This document shows positions 35,911 to 48,696 of a stretch of 48,881 bases of DNA, piece by piece; the stretch's first letter is position 1; every line of letters begins with the position of its first letter. Both the position numbers and the translations under genes were made by a program. Under the pieces are notes generated by a model. It was not told where the DNA came from. It worked only from the letters and a program-made list of their open reading frames with translations, and did not search any database. This DNA is from Octopus sinensis (lineage: Eukaryota), in NCBI RefSeq assembly GCF_006345805.1, contig NW_021834441.1:1-48881 (forward strand), given 5' to 3'.

Positions 35911-36302
35911 GCTCTAGGAGGTTAGAATTGTCGGATACTCCCAATCAAAAACCGTTGCGATCAATTTCTCTTTCAGATTTTGCCTCTGTGTACACAAATG
36001 TGCATACATGTGCAGTATTCAAATACACGCGTGTTCGCAATGCCCTTCTAAGCATAATTTCATGCCTGCTCCTTCCTGGCAAAGGATATGCGTCTTGTTG
36101 GTCAATAGATTCGCTAGAAGTAGCAACGGAATCTACCTCAGCTTCAATTCTTTTTTTTTCCCTTCTCCCTTTTTTTTTTTCTCAAAGGAAGGCCGAATCG
36201 GACGGTATAGCCTTGGATATACAAGACGAGGTGGTTGTAAATGGAGCGCTTTTGGTTATAGGCTTGTTCAATTGGGGTTGCCCTGCGTGTGCATGCTTTG
36301 TA

Positions 36303-36343
<41 letters not shown>

Positions 36344-38410
36344 TGCATCATACATACACACATGTATAGCATCATAAATCAATTTCAGCTGATCTTACCA
36401 ATCGGTTTCACAGTAGGTATTAAATATCCGAATATTAGTTGAGAGCATGGTTAGGTAATGCTGTGTAATCTCACCGCTTGACAACTGGTGTTGGTTTGTT
36501 TACATCCCTGTAATATGATGGGGCGGTTTAGTGAAAATGACCGATAGACATAGGTCTTGAAATGGGGAGTGCAGGCGACAAGCGCACCCCTTAAATTTTG
36601 AACCTGGGTTTGCACCCACTAAGCAATTTTCATTCCCATGTATATGATATGCTGATAGAACAAATACCATACCTGAGTTTTATTTGTTCAACTAATATCC
36701 CTTGAAGTTGGTGCCCCAGCATGGCCGCAGTCCAGTGAGTGAAACTAGTGAAAGATACAAGATAATAGCTTCTTTATAAGTTTGGAGTTTCAAGGTTTCC
36801 GACTTTTCAGAGCTCTCAGAATGTCCATGGTTCTCATTTTTGATTTTTTTCTTTTTACAAGAAAAACTGATCTCTATACACATGTAGCTATGTGAAAGGT
36901 GCGTGGTCTTTTGGTTAGTGTGTTGGGTTCACGAAAATATGGTCACAGGTTTGATTCCAGGGGAAAGCGGTTCTTGGCATTCTCAAGCATGGCACTTTAT
37001 TTTAGTTTTTACTCCACTCGACTCTACTGAAAATGGATCCCGCTGGCGGTGGAGAGTTTTGTGCCCCATCAAAGAAAGGAACCTTGTAGCACACTGTGTA
37101 ACAAATATTTTTTTGTGTTTGGTCTGTTAATGTTTTCTTCCTATTTGCTTCTGTCTAGAAATCAAAGGAAATGACTACTATTCCCTTCACACTTTGCTTT
37201 TCTGACCTATTTCCCATTACATTTCAGACAGATTCAGTTCTGGGTTGCTGAAGCAGAAATATCGTTATAGCAAATATTCTGCTGAATATCACAGATTTGC
37301 TTGTCATTCGCTTGACCTCAACCACTTGAGCATGTCCCTTCGTTACCCCTGACGGGAGCATCATATCCATGTGTTGAGAGGGATTCTTTGGGGTTTGAAT
37401 AAATGTAACGAAAGCAAAAATCAAAGGAAGTGACTACTATTTCCTTCAAAGTTTGTTTTTGTGAACTGGACCTCAATAATTTGAAACTGCCCTCCCATTA
37501 CATTTCAGAGATCCAGCGATGAGCTGCTGAAGCAGAAATATCATTATAGCAAATATTATAGCAAATGACTGAAACAAGTAAAAGAGTAAAGAGTAAAGAG
37601 TACACCATACATATTGTGTGTCTTGTTAGTCCACTTCCACGAGCTTGATGTGTTGATTTTTGCAGGCTGCGATTAAAAATTTCCTGCACTGTTGCCACGT
37701 TTTCCAATTCTACTCTATGGCTCAGAAACCTGGACATTATCAAAGAAGCTTGAGAGGCAGTTGGATGGAACCTATGTTTATTTTCTTATTTTCCACCCAC
37801 CATGTATAGTCTGTCTGTGAAAGCTTGTCCTGTATGTGGTTCCCCCCCTTCCAAATGCTTGACTCACCTGTCTTGGTTTGTTTTCATCCCTGTTAAGTAT
37901 CGCTTTGGCAAAGGAGGCCAATAAAATAAGCACCGGACTTCACAGTAAATAGAGGAATTGAAATAAAAGTATGGTGTCAACTTGTTCTGAAAGTGGAGCC
38001 CCGGCACCCAGCAGCCTTATGACTGAAACAAGTAAAAGATAAAGATTGTGTGGGCGTGTGTGTGTGTGTGTGTACCCACCCCCTCATGCACGTGGCTGTT
38101 TGGTTACAAGTATGCTTCCCAGCCGAATGGTTCTGGGTTCAGTCCCGCAAAGTGGCACATTGGTCATGTGTGTTCTGTAGCCTCTGCAGAGCAGAGCCTT
38201 GTTAGCAGATCTGGTAGACAGAAACTGAAAGAAGCCTGACGTATATCATCATTATCATCATCGTTTAACGTCCACTTTCCATGCTAGCATGGGTCGGACG
38301 ATTTGACTGAGGACTGGCGAACCAGATGGCTGCACAAGGCTCCAATGTATATCTCTCTGTTCGTCTCTCTCTCGCTATATATATTCTCTCTCTCTCTCTC
38401 CCTCTCTCTC

Positions 38411-38464
<54 letters not shown>

Positions 38465-38760
38465 GGAGGCGCAATGGCCCAGTGGTTAGGGCAGCGGACT
38501 CGCGGTCGTAGGATCACGGTTTCGATTCCCAGACCGGACGTTGTGAGTGTTTATTGAGCGAAAACACCTAAAAGCTCCATGAGGCTCCTGCAGGGTGTGA
38601 TGATCCCTGGTGTACTCTTTCGCCACAACTTTCTCTCACTCTTTCTTCTGTTGGCCTGCTCGCTTAGCCTGCGTGGTGGCGTTATTCAAAGGCTAAAACA
38701 ATGCGAACGCATTGTGACCAGCGATGTGTAACAACATCTAATGGTCTGGTCGGTCACGTG

Positions 38761-38762
<2 letters not shown>
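38465..38762 (+). mobile_element. SINE family C (tRNA-like head), inserted in (TA)n
   Basis: GGAGGCGCAATGGCCCAGTGGTTAGG (A box), GGTTTCGATTCCC (B box), ends GGTCTGGTCGGTCACGTG. Second copy at 43449-43715. Confidence 0.85.
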
Positions 38763-38799
<37 letters not shown>

Positions 38800-38803
<4 letters not shown>

Positions 38804-39154
38804 TCTCTGTGTGTCTGTGTTTGTTCCCCACTGTTGCTTGACAACCAGTGCCGATGTGTTTACATCTACGTAACTTAGTAGCTTGGCAAAAGGGACCGAT
38901 AGAATTAGTACCAGGCTCCAAAAAATTTCTTGAAGGCAGTGCCCCAGCATGGCCACAGTCTAATGACTGAAACAAGTAAAGGACATATATATAGTGCAGG
39001 AGTGGCTGTGTGGTAAGTAGCTTGCTAACCAACCACATGGTTCCGGGTTCAGTCCTACTGCATGGCATCTTGGGCAAGTGTCTTCTGCTATAGCCCCGGG
39101 CTGACCAATGCCTTGTGAGTGGATTTGGTAGACGGAAACTGAAAGAAGCCTGTC

Positions 39155-39199
<45 letters not shown>

Positions 39200-39408
39200 A
39201 TGTATGTGTTTGTGTTTGTCCCCCTAGCATTGCTTGACAACCGATGCTGGTGTGTTTACATCCCCGTCACTTAGCGGTTCAGCAAAAGAGACTGATAGAA
39301 TAAGTACAGGGCTTACAAAGAATAAGTCCCGGTGTCGATTTGCTCAGCTAAAGGCTGTGCTCCAGCATGGCCGCAGTCAAATGACTGAAACAAGTAAAAG
39401 AGAGTAAA

Positions 39409-39410
<2 letters not shown>
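38800..39410 (+). mobile_element. Family A 3' half (38800-38985) followed by a full family A copy (38991-39410)
   Basis: Homology to 34347-34744. Confidence 0.85.
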
Positions 39411-39450
<40 letters not shown>

Positions 39451-40028
39451 GGGTATGTATGTGTGTGTACAAATATGTGTGTTATATAATCAATGGTTCG
39501 AAGCGTCGGAAGCAATGACCAAGTGGATAAAAGTACTGTGCGTTTAAATTGGCTGCAGTATGTCTGTCTGTGCAGCTTGTGTGTGTGTTGTGTGCGGAGA
39601 GAGATGGGGAGCATTGCCTCCCGAACTAACTGCACAGGAAGGGAAAAAAAAAGTGTTTAGCTTCTGTATGTATATAAGTTAGCTTTGACAATTTAGTCAA
39701 TCTAATAAAGACGGTATTGATTTGATATTAACAACAGCCGAGGGTTGTTCGGGTGGTTCCCTGTACCGCTAACTAATCATCTACCTCAGCTATTATCATT
39801 GTCTGTATTACCAATCACTTACTCTCCGCCGTGCCCCTCCCCCCTCCTCTCTCTTTCTCTCTCTTGCTTCAATATCGATCTTACCTAATCTATTTCAGTG
39901 ACTTTTATTGTCGTCTTGTCTGTCTGTCTGTCTGTCGTTCTGTGATCGCTTTCCTTGTATATATATGTGTGTGTGTGGTATCTAGCTGTCTATCTCTCTG
40001 TTGCTCCCCCTCTCTAACTCTTTGCATT

Positions 40029-40108
<80 letters not shown>

Positions 40109-40129
40109 ATGTGTTATGAATAATGTATA

Positions 40130-40409
40130 ATGCTTTATTGATCTCTGTATCTATCTATCTATATTGGTCTGTGTATCTATCTATCTATCTATCAATCAGT
40201 CTGTTTATCTATATTGATCTTTCTAGTCATCAATATCTATATTGATCTATCCATTTATATCTATCTGTATTGATCTATATATTTATCTATTTTTCTGTGC
40301 ATTTATCTATCTATCTATCTATCTATCTTTCTATCTATCTGTCTATCTATCTATCTATCTATCTTGATCTATCTATCTATGTATTTTTCTATATTGATGT
40401 ATCTATTTG

Positions 40410-40468
<59 letters not shown>

Positions 40469-40469
40469 G

Positions 40470-40506
<37 letters not shown>

Positions 40507-40583
40507 ATTGATCTATCTATCTGTCTATCTATCTTTCTATAATGATCTATCTATTTGTCTATCTTTCTATATTGATCTATCTG

Positions 40584-40667
<84 letters not shown>

Positions 40668-40710
40668 ATTGATCTATCTATCTATCTGTCTATCTATCTT
40701 TCTATATTGA
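40130..40710. repeat. (ATCT)n array with recurring ATATTG interruptions
   Basis: Direct inspection. Confidence 0.95.
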
Positions 40711-41374
40711 TGTATCCAGCTGCTTGTGTGCATATCTGCCTGTCTCTATCTGTTTATTGATTTCTCTGTTTATATAAGTACATAAGAATATGCCCGTGTT
40801 TCTCAATAAACGTTTATCACTATATACATACCCATCTGAATCACTCCACCCCACCCCCCACACGCACACACACACACACACACACGCCCGTACGTCGCTC
40901 TGTCTGTCTGTTCGTCTATCGATATCTATAATCTATTTTTCTGATTCTGCCTTCGATTATTTTGGATCTGGTTTATGCGCGCGAGCGCGCGTGTGCATTC
41001 GCACGCGCTCGCGTATTTGTGCTTCCGATTATTGATCTGCCCTTCCATTCATCTGTATCTATGTATGTATGCGATGTGTTACTGGTTATGGTGGGTGGGT
41101 GTATATATATATGTATATATAATTCGGTGAAGTAAATCAGCATAGAGAGAGAGAGAGGGGGGTGAGCTATTGGACGACAGTCAACGCTGTGTAGACTCGT
41201 TGTCGGTTTCAAGCTAATCGATATGTACGTTTTATCACAATGCCCTATTGATTTATCTCCCCTTATTCTCAACACGCGCCTCCCCCTCCTCATCTCCATC
41301 CATCTCTCTCCCTTTCTGCCCCTCTATCAACCCTCTCCCTCCTTCCTTCCTTCCCGCCTCTTTATCTGCGTGCG

Positions 41375-41949
41375 CGTATATATATGTGTATATATATGTG
41401 TGTGTTGTGTGTGTGTATGTGTGTGTGTATATATATATATATACATATATATGTGTATGTGTGTGTATATATATATATACATATATATATGTGTGTGTGT
41501 GTGTATATATATATGTGTATATATATGTGTGTGTGTGTGTGTGTATGTGTGTGTATATGTGTGTGTGTGTATGTGTGTATATATGTGTGTGTGTATGTGT
41601 GTGTATATATATGTGTGTGTGTATATGTGTGTGTATATATATGTGTGTGTGTGTATGTGTGTGTGTGTATATCTGTATGTATATATACTCTTTACTTTCT
41701 TACTCTTACTTGTTTCAGTCATTTGACTGCGGCCATGCTGGAGCACCGCCTTTAGTCGGGCAAATCGACCCCGGGACTTATTCTTTGTAAGCTCAGTACT
41801 TATTCTATCGGTTTCTTTTTTTGCCGAACCGCTGTGATGTATATATATGTGTGTGTGTGCCCATGCAGTTGTGTGTGCATGTGTATGTGTGTAGATAGTG
41901 TGTGTGTGTGGTGTTGGTTCATGCTTCTATCTGTGTATGTGTGTGTGTG

Positions 41950-41994
<45 letters not shown>

Positions 41995-42500
41995 ATATAT
42001 CTACATATATATATGTATATATATATATATGTGTGTATATATATTGTGTATGTGTGTATATATATATATGTGTGTATGTATATATATATATATATATGTG
42101 TATGTATATATATATGTGTATGTATATATATATGTGTATATATATATATATGTGTATATATATATATGTGTGTATATATATATGTGTATGTATATATATA
42201 TATATGTGTGTATATATATATGTGTATGTATATATATATATATATGTGTGTATATATATATATGTGTGTATATATATGTGTATGTATATATATATATATG
42301 TGTTTGTATATATATATATATGTGTGTATATATATATGTGTATGTATATATATATATATATGTGTGTATATATATATATGTGTGTATATATATATATGTG
42401 TGTATATATATATATGTGTGTGTATATATATATATGTGTGTATATATATATATGTGTGTGTATATATATATATATACATACATATATATATATAATGTTT
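41375..42500. repeat. TG/TA arrays with a family A 3' fragment (41687-41834, minus)
   Basis: Direct inspection. Confidence 0.9.
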
Positions 42501-42709
42501 ATACCTCTTATGTGCATATGGGTTACGTTTACAACCATGTGTATGCATGTTTTTGTTTTTGTTTGTATGTACGTGAGATCGTCCTTTGTGTTAGACAAAC
42601 AGACAGACAGAGAACGGTCCCTGATCTCATTTCTTTTCGGTGGTCACTGCTCCAATATTCTCGAGTGCAATTTTGTTTTCTCCACTTCTATTATCGGTAG
42701 CACTAATAC

Positions 42710-42783
42710 GGATCCTTTCGGTTTGAACGGCAGTTTTTGCTGGCGGTGTCATATGAAATTGTCACCCATAATTATGACCCTAG
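42710..42783 (+). mobile_element. Truncated left end of the Merlin-like MITE
   Basis: GGATCCTTTCGGTTTGAACGGCAGTTTTT matches the reverse complement of the right TIR at 34163-34191 with 2 mismatches. Confidence 0.8.
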
Positions 42784-43448
42784 ATGAGACTGGACCCTGG
42801 TGCATCCTCCTGGCTTTCCTAGACCCCAGTCAAACTGTCCAACCCATGCCAGCATGGCATGGTTAAACGTTGATGATGATACTGCTAAAACGCTGTGGTG
42901 CTTATCATGTAAGTACCAACCTGGAAGACCTTGTAATATAACAGAGGTGTACCACTTGTTTGTTGTGGTACTTAAGATGTAGGTACCAGTAGTACCTGTT
43001 GTGCATATAGGTGCCAGCGATATATTGTATGACATATCAGAATCTTTGTGAACTTTGGATAGAATCTTTTATCATTTAACATCCACTTTTCCATGCTTGC
43101 ATGGGTCAAATGGAATTTGTTCATGCAGAATTTCTGTCGCTGAATGCCCTTCCTGTTGCCAACACTCACCTGTTTCCAAGTGTGGTAATATTTTCCCTTG
43201 ACTAAACGTGGGTTCCACGGAAGTCTGGAAATGGACTACTTCACTTGTCTGATGTTGGTGGCTCTAGTTTACAATCATATATTATGCCAAGACAAATATG
43301 TACACACACGGACACACACACACACAGCTAAACATTCTGTGAGCTGGTCAGTTTAAATTCTCTACCCACCTGTATGATTATTTGTTTAAGACCCAGACTG
43401 ATGGGTCGAAACATATCCATCTCCTGTTTATATATATATATATATATG

Positions 43449-43715
43449 TGGAGGCGCAATGGCCTAGTGGTTAGGGCAGCGTGGGCGTTGTGTGTGTTTA
43501 TTGAGCGAAAACACCTAAAAGCTCCACGAGGCTCCGGCAGGGGGTGGTGATCCCTGCTGTACTCTTTCACCACTCTTTCTCTCACTCTTTCTTCTGTTAG
43601 CCTGCTCACTTAGCCAGCGGAGTGGCGTCATTTGAAGGCTAAAACAATGCGAACGCATTGTGACCAGCGATATGTAGCAACATCTGAAGGTCTGGTCGGT
43701 CACGTGATCACGTGA
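43449..43715 (+). mobile_element. SINE family C with a deletion in the tRNA-like head
   Basis: Homology to 38465-38762. Confidence 0.85.
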
Positions 43716-44087
43716 TATATATATATATATAATAATATTAGGGAGTAAATCCAAACTTACAGGGAAAAATTAAATTTAGGATTAAATCTAATTTTACAGT
43801 ATAAATATAAATATTTATATATTAAATTAGAGATAAAACCACTGTTAGGCAAATCAAACAGTGAAAAACATAAACCAAAACATAGAAATAAAATTAATTA
43901 ATATAATATACAAAATATATAAAATTCAAAATTTAAATTATTTAAATTTATATATCATCATCATCATCATCATCAGATTGGAGCCTGGTGCAGCCTTCTG
44001 GTGTAGCCTTCTGGTTCGCCAGTCCTCAGTCAAACTGTCCAACCCATGCCAGCATGGAAAGCAGACGTTAAACGACGATGATGATGA

Positions 44088-44160
<73 letters not shown>

Positions 44161-44224
44161 ACACACACACACACACACACACAAACACATATATACACAC
44201 ACACACACACACCCAACAGTTTTC

Positions 44225-44390
44225 TTTCAGTTACTGTCATGTGGCACCAGTACGGATGCATGTTGCGTGGCACCAGCATGGGTGCTTGTTATGTGGCACT
44301 GGCACCAAGATGGGTTCTTGTTACGTGGCACCAGGACTGGTGCTTGTTACGTGGCACCAGGACTGGTGCTTGTTACGTGGCACCAGGATT
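44225..44390. repeat. 26-bp minisatellite with an internal palindrome (GTGGCACCAGGACTGGTGCTTGTTAC)
   Basis: Units start at 44325, 44351 and 44377, with degenerate units upstream. Confidence 0.85.
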
Positions 44391-44471
44391 TATGTAGCAT
44401 TTTCCCCCAGCTTAACCCATTCGTAGTGAATGAATTTGTCTGAAAATTCACAGATATTATAATTTTGTCCT

Positions 44472-44474
<3 letters not shown>

Positions 44475-44508
<34 letters not shown>

Positions 44509-44685
44509 TTAGCGTCCGCTTTCCATGCTAGCATGGTTTGGACGGTGCAACTGGGGTCTGGGAAGCCCGAAGGCTGCACCAGGCCAGTCTGATCTGGCAG
44601 TGTTTCTACAGCTGGATGCCCTTCCTAACGCCAACCACTCCTTGAATGTAGTGGGTGCTTTTTATGTGCCACCGACACAGGTGCC
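44475..44685 (-). mobile_element. Family D element (RTE-tail type, (GAT)n tail)
   Basis: Minus strand ...GGCGTTAGGAAGGGCATCCAGCTGTAGAAAC...CCATGCTAGCATGGAAAGCGGACGCTAAATGATGATG. Further copies at about 19722, 29900, 38245, 42785, 43070, 43975, 45425 and 46500. Confidence 0.8.
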
Positions 44686-44688
44686 AGG

Positions 44689-44739
<51 letters not shown>

Positions 44740-44749
44740 TATCTATATA

Positions 44750-44893
44750 TGAGAGGTTTCCGTCTACCAAATCCACTCACAAGGATTTGGTCAGCTCAAG
44801 GCTATAGAAGACACTTGCCCAAGGTGCCACACAGTGGGACTGAACCCGAAACCATGTGGTTGGGAAGCAAGCTTCTTACCACACAGTCACTCC
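44750..44893 (-). mobile_element. Family A head fragment
   Basis: Homology to 9050-9199. Confidence 0.8.
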
Positions 44894-45189
44894 TATATAT
44901 AACAACTGAAAAAAAATTCATTAAAATCTGTTTGATACAGATTGCATATACGTTAAGAACATATTTCATTCTTTGATACAGATCCTACACAAATCACAAT
45001 TTGCATCAAGTATTTGTTTTATACCCTTATAAATTAAGGATCAGTTTAAATGGACGGTTGACCTGAATGAGTTAAGGAGCTTCTCCTGATTGAGCCAGTA
45101 TTACAGAAATATGGGAAGCTATATTCATGAGTAATGGGGAATAGAAAGCTGGGTTTGATACCGAGTGCTGCAAGGCAGCGAAGCGTGCA

Positions 45190-45400
45190 GATTAGTGTTC
45201 CAGTAACCGAGATATTGTTTTTTTTCTAGAACATCTTCTTCCCACTGCACTTTGCATGTTATTGGAAGATCACTGAGACAAGTGGAAGTTTAAGTATCTT
45301 GAGGCCTTGTTTGTGAGTGATTGGTAAGCAGGAGGCTGAATTGGATGCTGGAATTGCTGGAACTGGCACTGGCTCCATCGTTCAAATCTCAAAAGAGAAG
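45190..45400 (+). mobile_element. Degenerate RTE-like RT fragment
   Basis: ...LRQVE(x)FKYL..F.SD...EAELDAGI, resembling the post-RT 'QVEKFKYLG...DEELD.RI' motif (frameshifted). Confidence 0.6.
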
Positions 45401-45834
45401 TAGTCGGTGAAAAATGTCAAGCTTCATCATCATCATCGTTTAGCATCCGCTTTCCATGCTAGCATGGGTTGGACGGTTCAAGTGGGGTCCTGGAAGCCAG
45501 AAGGCTGCACCAGGCCCAGTCTGATCTGGCAATGTTTCTACGGTTGGATGCCCTTCCTAACGCCAACCATCCATGAGTGTAGTGGGTGCTTTTTACGTGC
45601 CAGACGAGGCTGGCAAAACTTACTGTTTAGTTTTTGTGGCTATTCTTACCAATGACCTTAAAAGTTAGGTTCTGACCAAAAGAGTATGATTGTGAATAAC
45701 CACTGGCTGAAATGGGATTCCTTCGAAGGATCTCGGAAGCTGCTACATCTCCTCATTTGAGATGTCACATCTCTGATCCTACAAACATGTGATTAGAATG
45801 TCACAGGAAAGAATTACAAGACCGATTCTTTAAT

Positions 45835-45975
45835 CGGTTCGGCACAAAGATAGACCGATAGAATAAGTACTGGGCTTACAAAAGAATAAGTCCCGGGGGT
45901 CGAGTTGCTCGATTAAAGCCGGTGCTCCAGCATCGCCGCAGTCAAATGACTGAAACAAGTAAAAGAGTAAAAGAG
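45835..45975 (+). mobile_element. Family A 3' fragment
   Basis: GGTTCGGCACAAAG...GAAACAAGTAAAAGAG. Confidence 0.8.
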
Positions 45976-46787
45976 AGAGAGAGAGAGAGTAACTGTCCCA
46001 GAAGTAGTGGGCGAAGAAGATAGGCAGATGGATGGATTTATTTTGTGAAAGATCCTAAATTCCCTCAGTTGTTTTTAGTCAGCATGTACACTAGTTCCCT
46101 TGAAGAATAAAACAGTTTCCACTGATACTTAATGCTGCAAGAATGATACTAAATGAGAGGTGTGTGTCTGTCTGTGTGGTTGATTCTTCATATCTCTGGT
46201 TTAGCGAGAGGTGTGGGAAGGCATGTTCTTTAAAGTAGGGGCTCTTCTGATTGAAGTGGGGTTTGAAAGGTTGGGGTAGAATTCCTGTTTTATCATGCTC
46301 AGTTCGTCTTCCAGTTTGCCTTGCTTGCGAATGTGTCAAGTTGGGCAAACTTGACACTTGGGTAGAAGGCACCTCATTTGCTTGAGGTACTGTGTACTGA
46401 GATGGAACCAGGACATCGTTGTGATTGTGAAGGAAAGATGTTAACCACGCGGCCCTGCATTCACACCCAATCATCTATATTCAGCACTTGCACGTGCGTG
46501 CACACACATACATGCGTGCATGTATATGAACTGCACCCAGTGCGCTCTAAAGTGGGATGGAGTCAGAAAGGACATCGAGCTATAGAATCCATACCAAAGT
46601 AGTCCTTTGGTTTGTCAGATCCTGTCGAACCATTCAACCCATGCCAGCACAGAAAATAGGTATTAAATAATGATGATGATGAAAAACCATGTGTATATGT
46701 GTGTGTATATATTTTATTTTATTTTATTTTTATTTCATCTAGTTTCAGCTCACGAGGTGTGGCCATGCTGAGGCACTGCCATTCATA

Positions 46788-47186
46788 TACTCTTTTACTT
46801 GTTTCAGTCATTTGACTGCGGCCATGCTGGAGCACCGCCTTTAATCGAGCAAATCGACCCTGGGACTTATTCTTTGTAAGCCCAGTACTTATTCTATCGG
46901 TCTATTTTGCCGAACCGCTAAGTGACGGGGACATAAACACACCAGCATCGGTTGTCAAGCAATGCTAGGGGGACAAACAGACACACAAACACACACACAC
47001 ATATATGTATACATATATACGACAGGCTTCTTTCAGTTTCCGTCTACCAAATCCACTCACAAGGCATTGGTCGGCCTGGGGCTATAGTAGAAGACACTTG
47101 CCCAAGGTGCCATGCAGTGGTACTGAACCCGGAACCATGTGGTTGGTAATCAAGCTACTTACCACACAGCCACTCCTGTGCCTATC
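46788..47186 (-). mobile_element. SINE family A, full length
   Basis: Homology to 8780-9199. Confidence 0.9.
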
Positions 47187-47436
47187 TACATAATTATATC
47201 AAAATGTATAGATCTATCTATCTATCTATCTATCTATGTTTATATATAATATAATTGCTTATGTTGGGAAGGGTTACAACATCCTAATCAATTCTTGTAA
47301 TGTTTGTCTAGTATAATTACTACTAATTATTTATTAAAATGCTTATAGTTTTAATTGTTGTCTTGCACGAACAAACACAAGTCACAGTATTGATTTTATT
47401 GGAGTGTTGTTGTTGTTGTTGTTGTTGTTATTATAA

Positions 47437-47870
47437 AGGCGGTGAGCTGGCAGAATTGTTAGCACGCCTGGTGAAATGCTTTGCGGTATTTTGTCTGCTG
47501 CTACGTTGTGAGTTCAAATTCCGCCGAGGTCGACTTTGCCTTTCATCCTTTCGGGGTTGATAAGTTAGGTACCGGTTACGCACTGGAGTCAATGTAATCG
47601 ACTTACTCCCTTGTCTGTCCTTGTTTGTCTCCTCTGTGTTTAGCCCCTTGTGGGTAATAAAGAAATAAGAATCGTTTGCACACTGGAAAAAATGCTTAGC
47701 AGTATTTCACCAGTCACTATGTTCTGAGTTCAAATTCCGTTGAGGTCGACTTTGCCTTTCATCCTTTCGGGGGTCGATAAATTAAGTACCAGTTGCGTAC
47801 TGGGGTTGATCTAATCGACTGGCTCCCTCCCGCAAAATTTCGGGCCTTGTGCCTAGAGTAGAAAAGAATA
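47437..47870 (+). mobile_element. Two adjacent family B SINEs with different 3' tails
   Basis: The first ends GGGTAATAAAGAAATA (about 47667). The second ends GCCTTGTGCCTAGAGTAGAAAAGAAT (about 47869). Confidence 0.85.
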
Positions 47871-47881
47871 TCTATAATTAA

Positions 47882-48354
47882 CCCTTTCGTTACTGTATTT
47901 CTGTTGAGATGCTCTGTGTTTCTTTCAATTAATTATAAATATAACAAAGAATTTAGTAAAATAACTAGGTTATCATTAAGCTAGTGTTAAGAACATAAAT
48001 TGTGACTAAGGTTTGGTGGAAGATTTTAATTCAAAACTTATGAAAACAAGACATTTGTACTACAGAGCCAGAGCCAGAGCCAGTTTCAGCCGGGTTGGTA
48101 TCAAAAGGGTTAAAAATATCATGGTGACTTTAACTCTTTTGTTACCATATTTCTGTTGAGATGTTCTGTGTTTCTTTCAATTAATTTTAAATATAACAAA
48201 GAATTTAGTAAAATAACTTAGTTATCATTAAGCTAGTGTTAGGAACATAAATTGTGACTAAGGTTTGGTGGAAGATTTTAAAACAAGGCATTTGTAAACA
48301 AGACATTTGTACTCAGAGCCAGGGCCTGTTTCAGCCAGGTTGGTAACAAAAGGG
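47882..48354. mobile_element. Two tandem TTAA-flanked piggyBac-type MITEs (47882-48109 and 48134-48354)
   Basis: TTAA at 47878-81, 48110-13, 48130-33 and 48355-58. CCCTTT/AAAGGG TIRs. Same family as 17217-17438. Confidence 0.85.
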
Positions 48355-48617
48355 TTAAACAAGTTTTGTTTCCTCTTTATTGACAACTGATATATCTGGC
48401 GTTTTAGCCATCTCTATGTTCCGAGTTCAAATTCCACCGAGGTTGACTTTGCCTTTCATCGATGAAATATTTACCAGTGGCACTTAAAGCACACCCAAGC
48501 TAGTGATGCCTAAGTGGCACCCATGCTGAATCTACATATCTCATAAAGCATATGCATGTGCTTGTATTTTCAGTAGGCCTATATGTTACAACTTTGATTA
48601 AAGAATAAAGACATTGT

Positions 48618-48696
48618 GAGTCGGAGTCGGTATAGTTTTACAGACGCTGACTCCAGCTATCCCTTAGTTGCTTCTGACTCCGACTCCACAGCCCTG
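48618..48696. mobile_element. Right end of a hAT-like element
   Basis: GACTCCGACTCCACAGCCCTG (CAGGGCTGTGGAGTCGG-type TIR) with an inverted GAGTCGGAGTCGG motif at about 48618. Left TIR not seen. Confidence 0.5.

Noticed and set aside
36188-36230. Possible 43-nt cassette exon after a strong polypyrimidine tract and AG
   Set aside because: Weak donor (GTGGTT), frameshifting length and no similarity to CUX/CASP exon 2. It cannot be supported without RNA-seq.
44325-44390. CRISPR-like palindromic repeats (also the 98-bp and 30-bp arrays)
   Set aside because: Units are contiguous with no unique spacers, the context is eukaryotic and there are no cas genes.
45230-45325. Apparent exon bounded by TTTTTTTTCTAG and GTAAGC
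   Set aside because: It lies within a degenerate RTE RT fragment, has stops in two frames and shows no CUX similarity.
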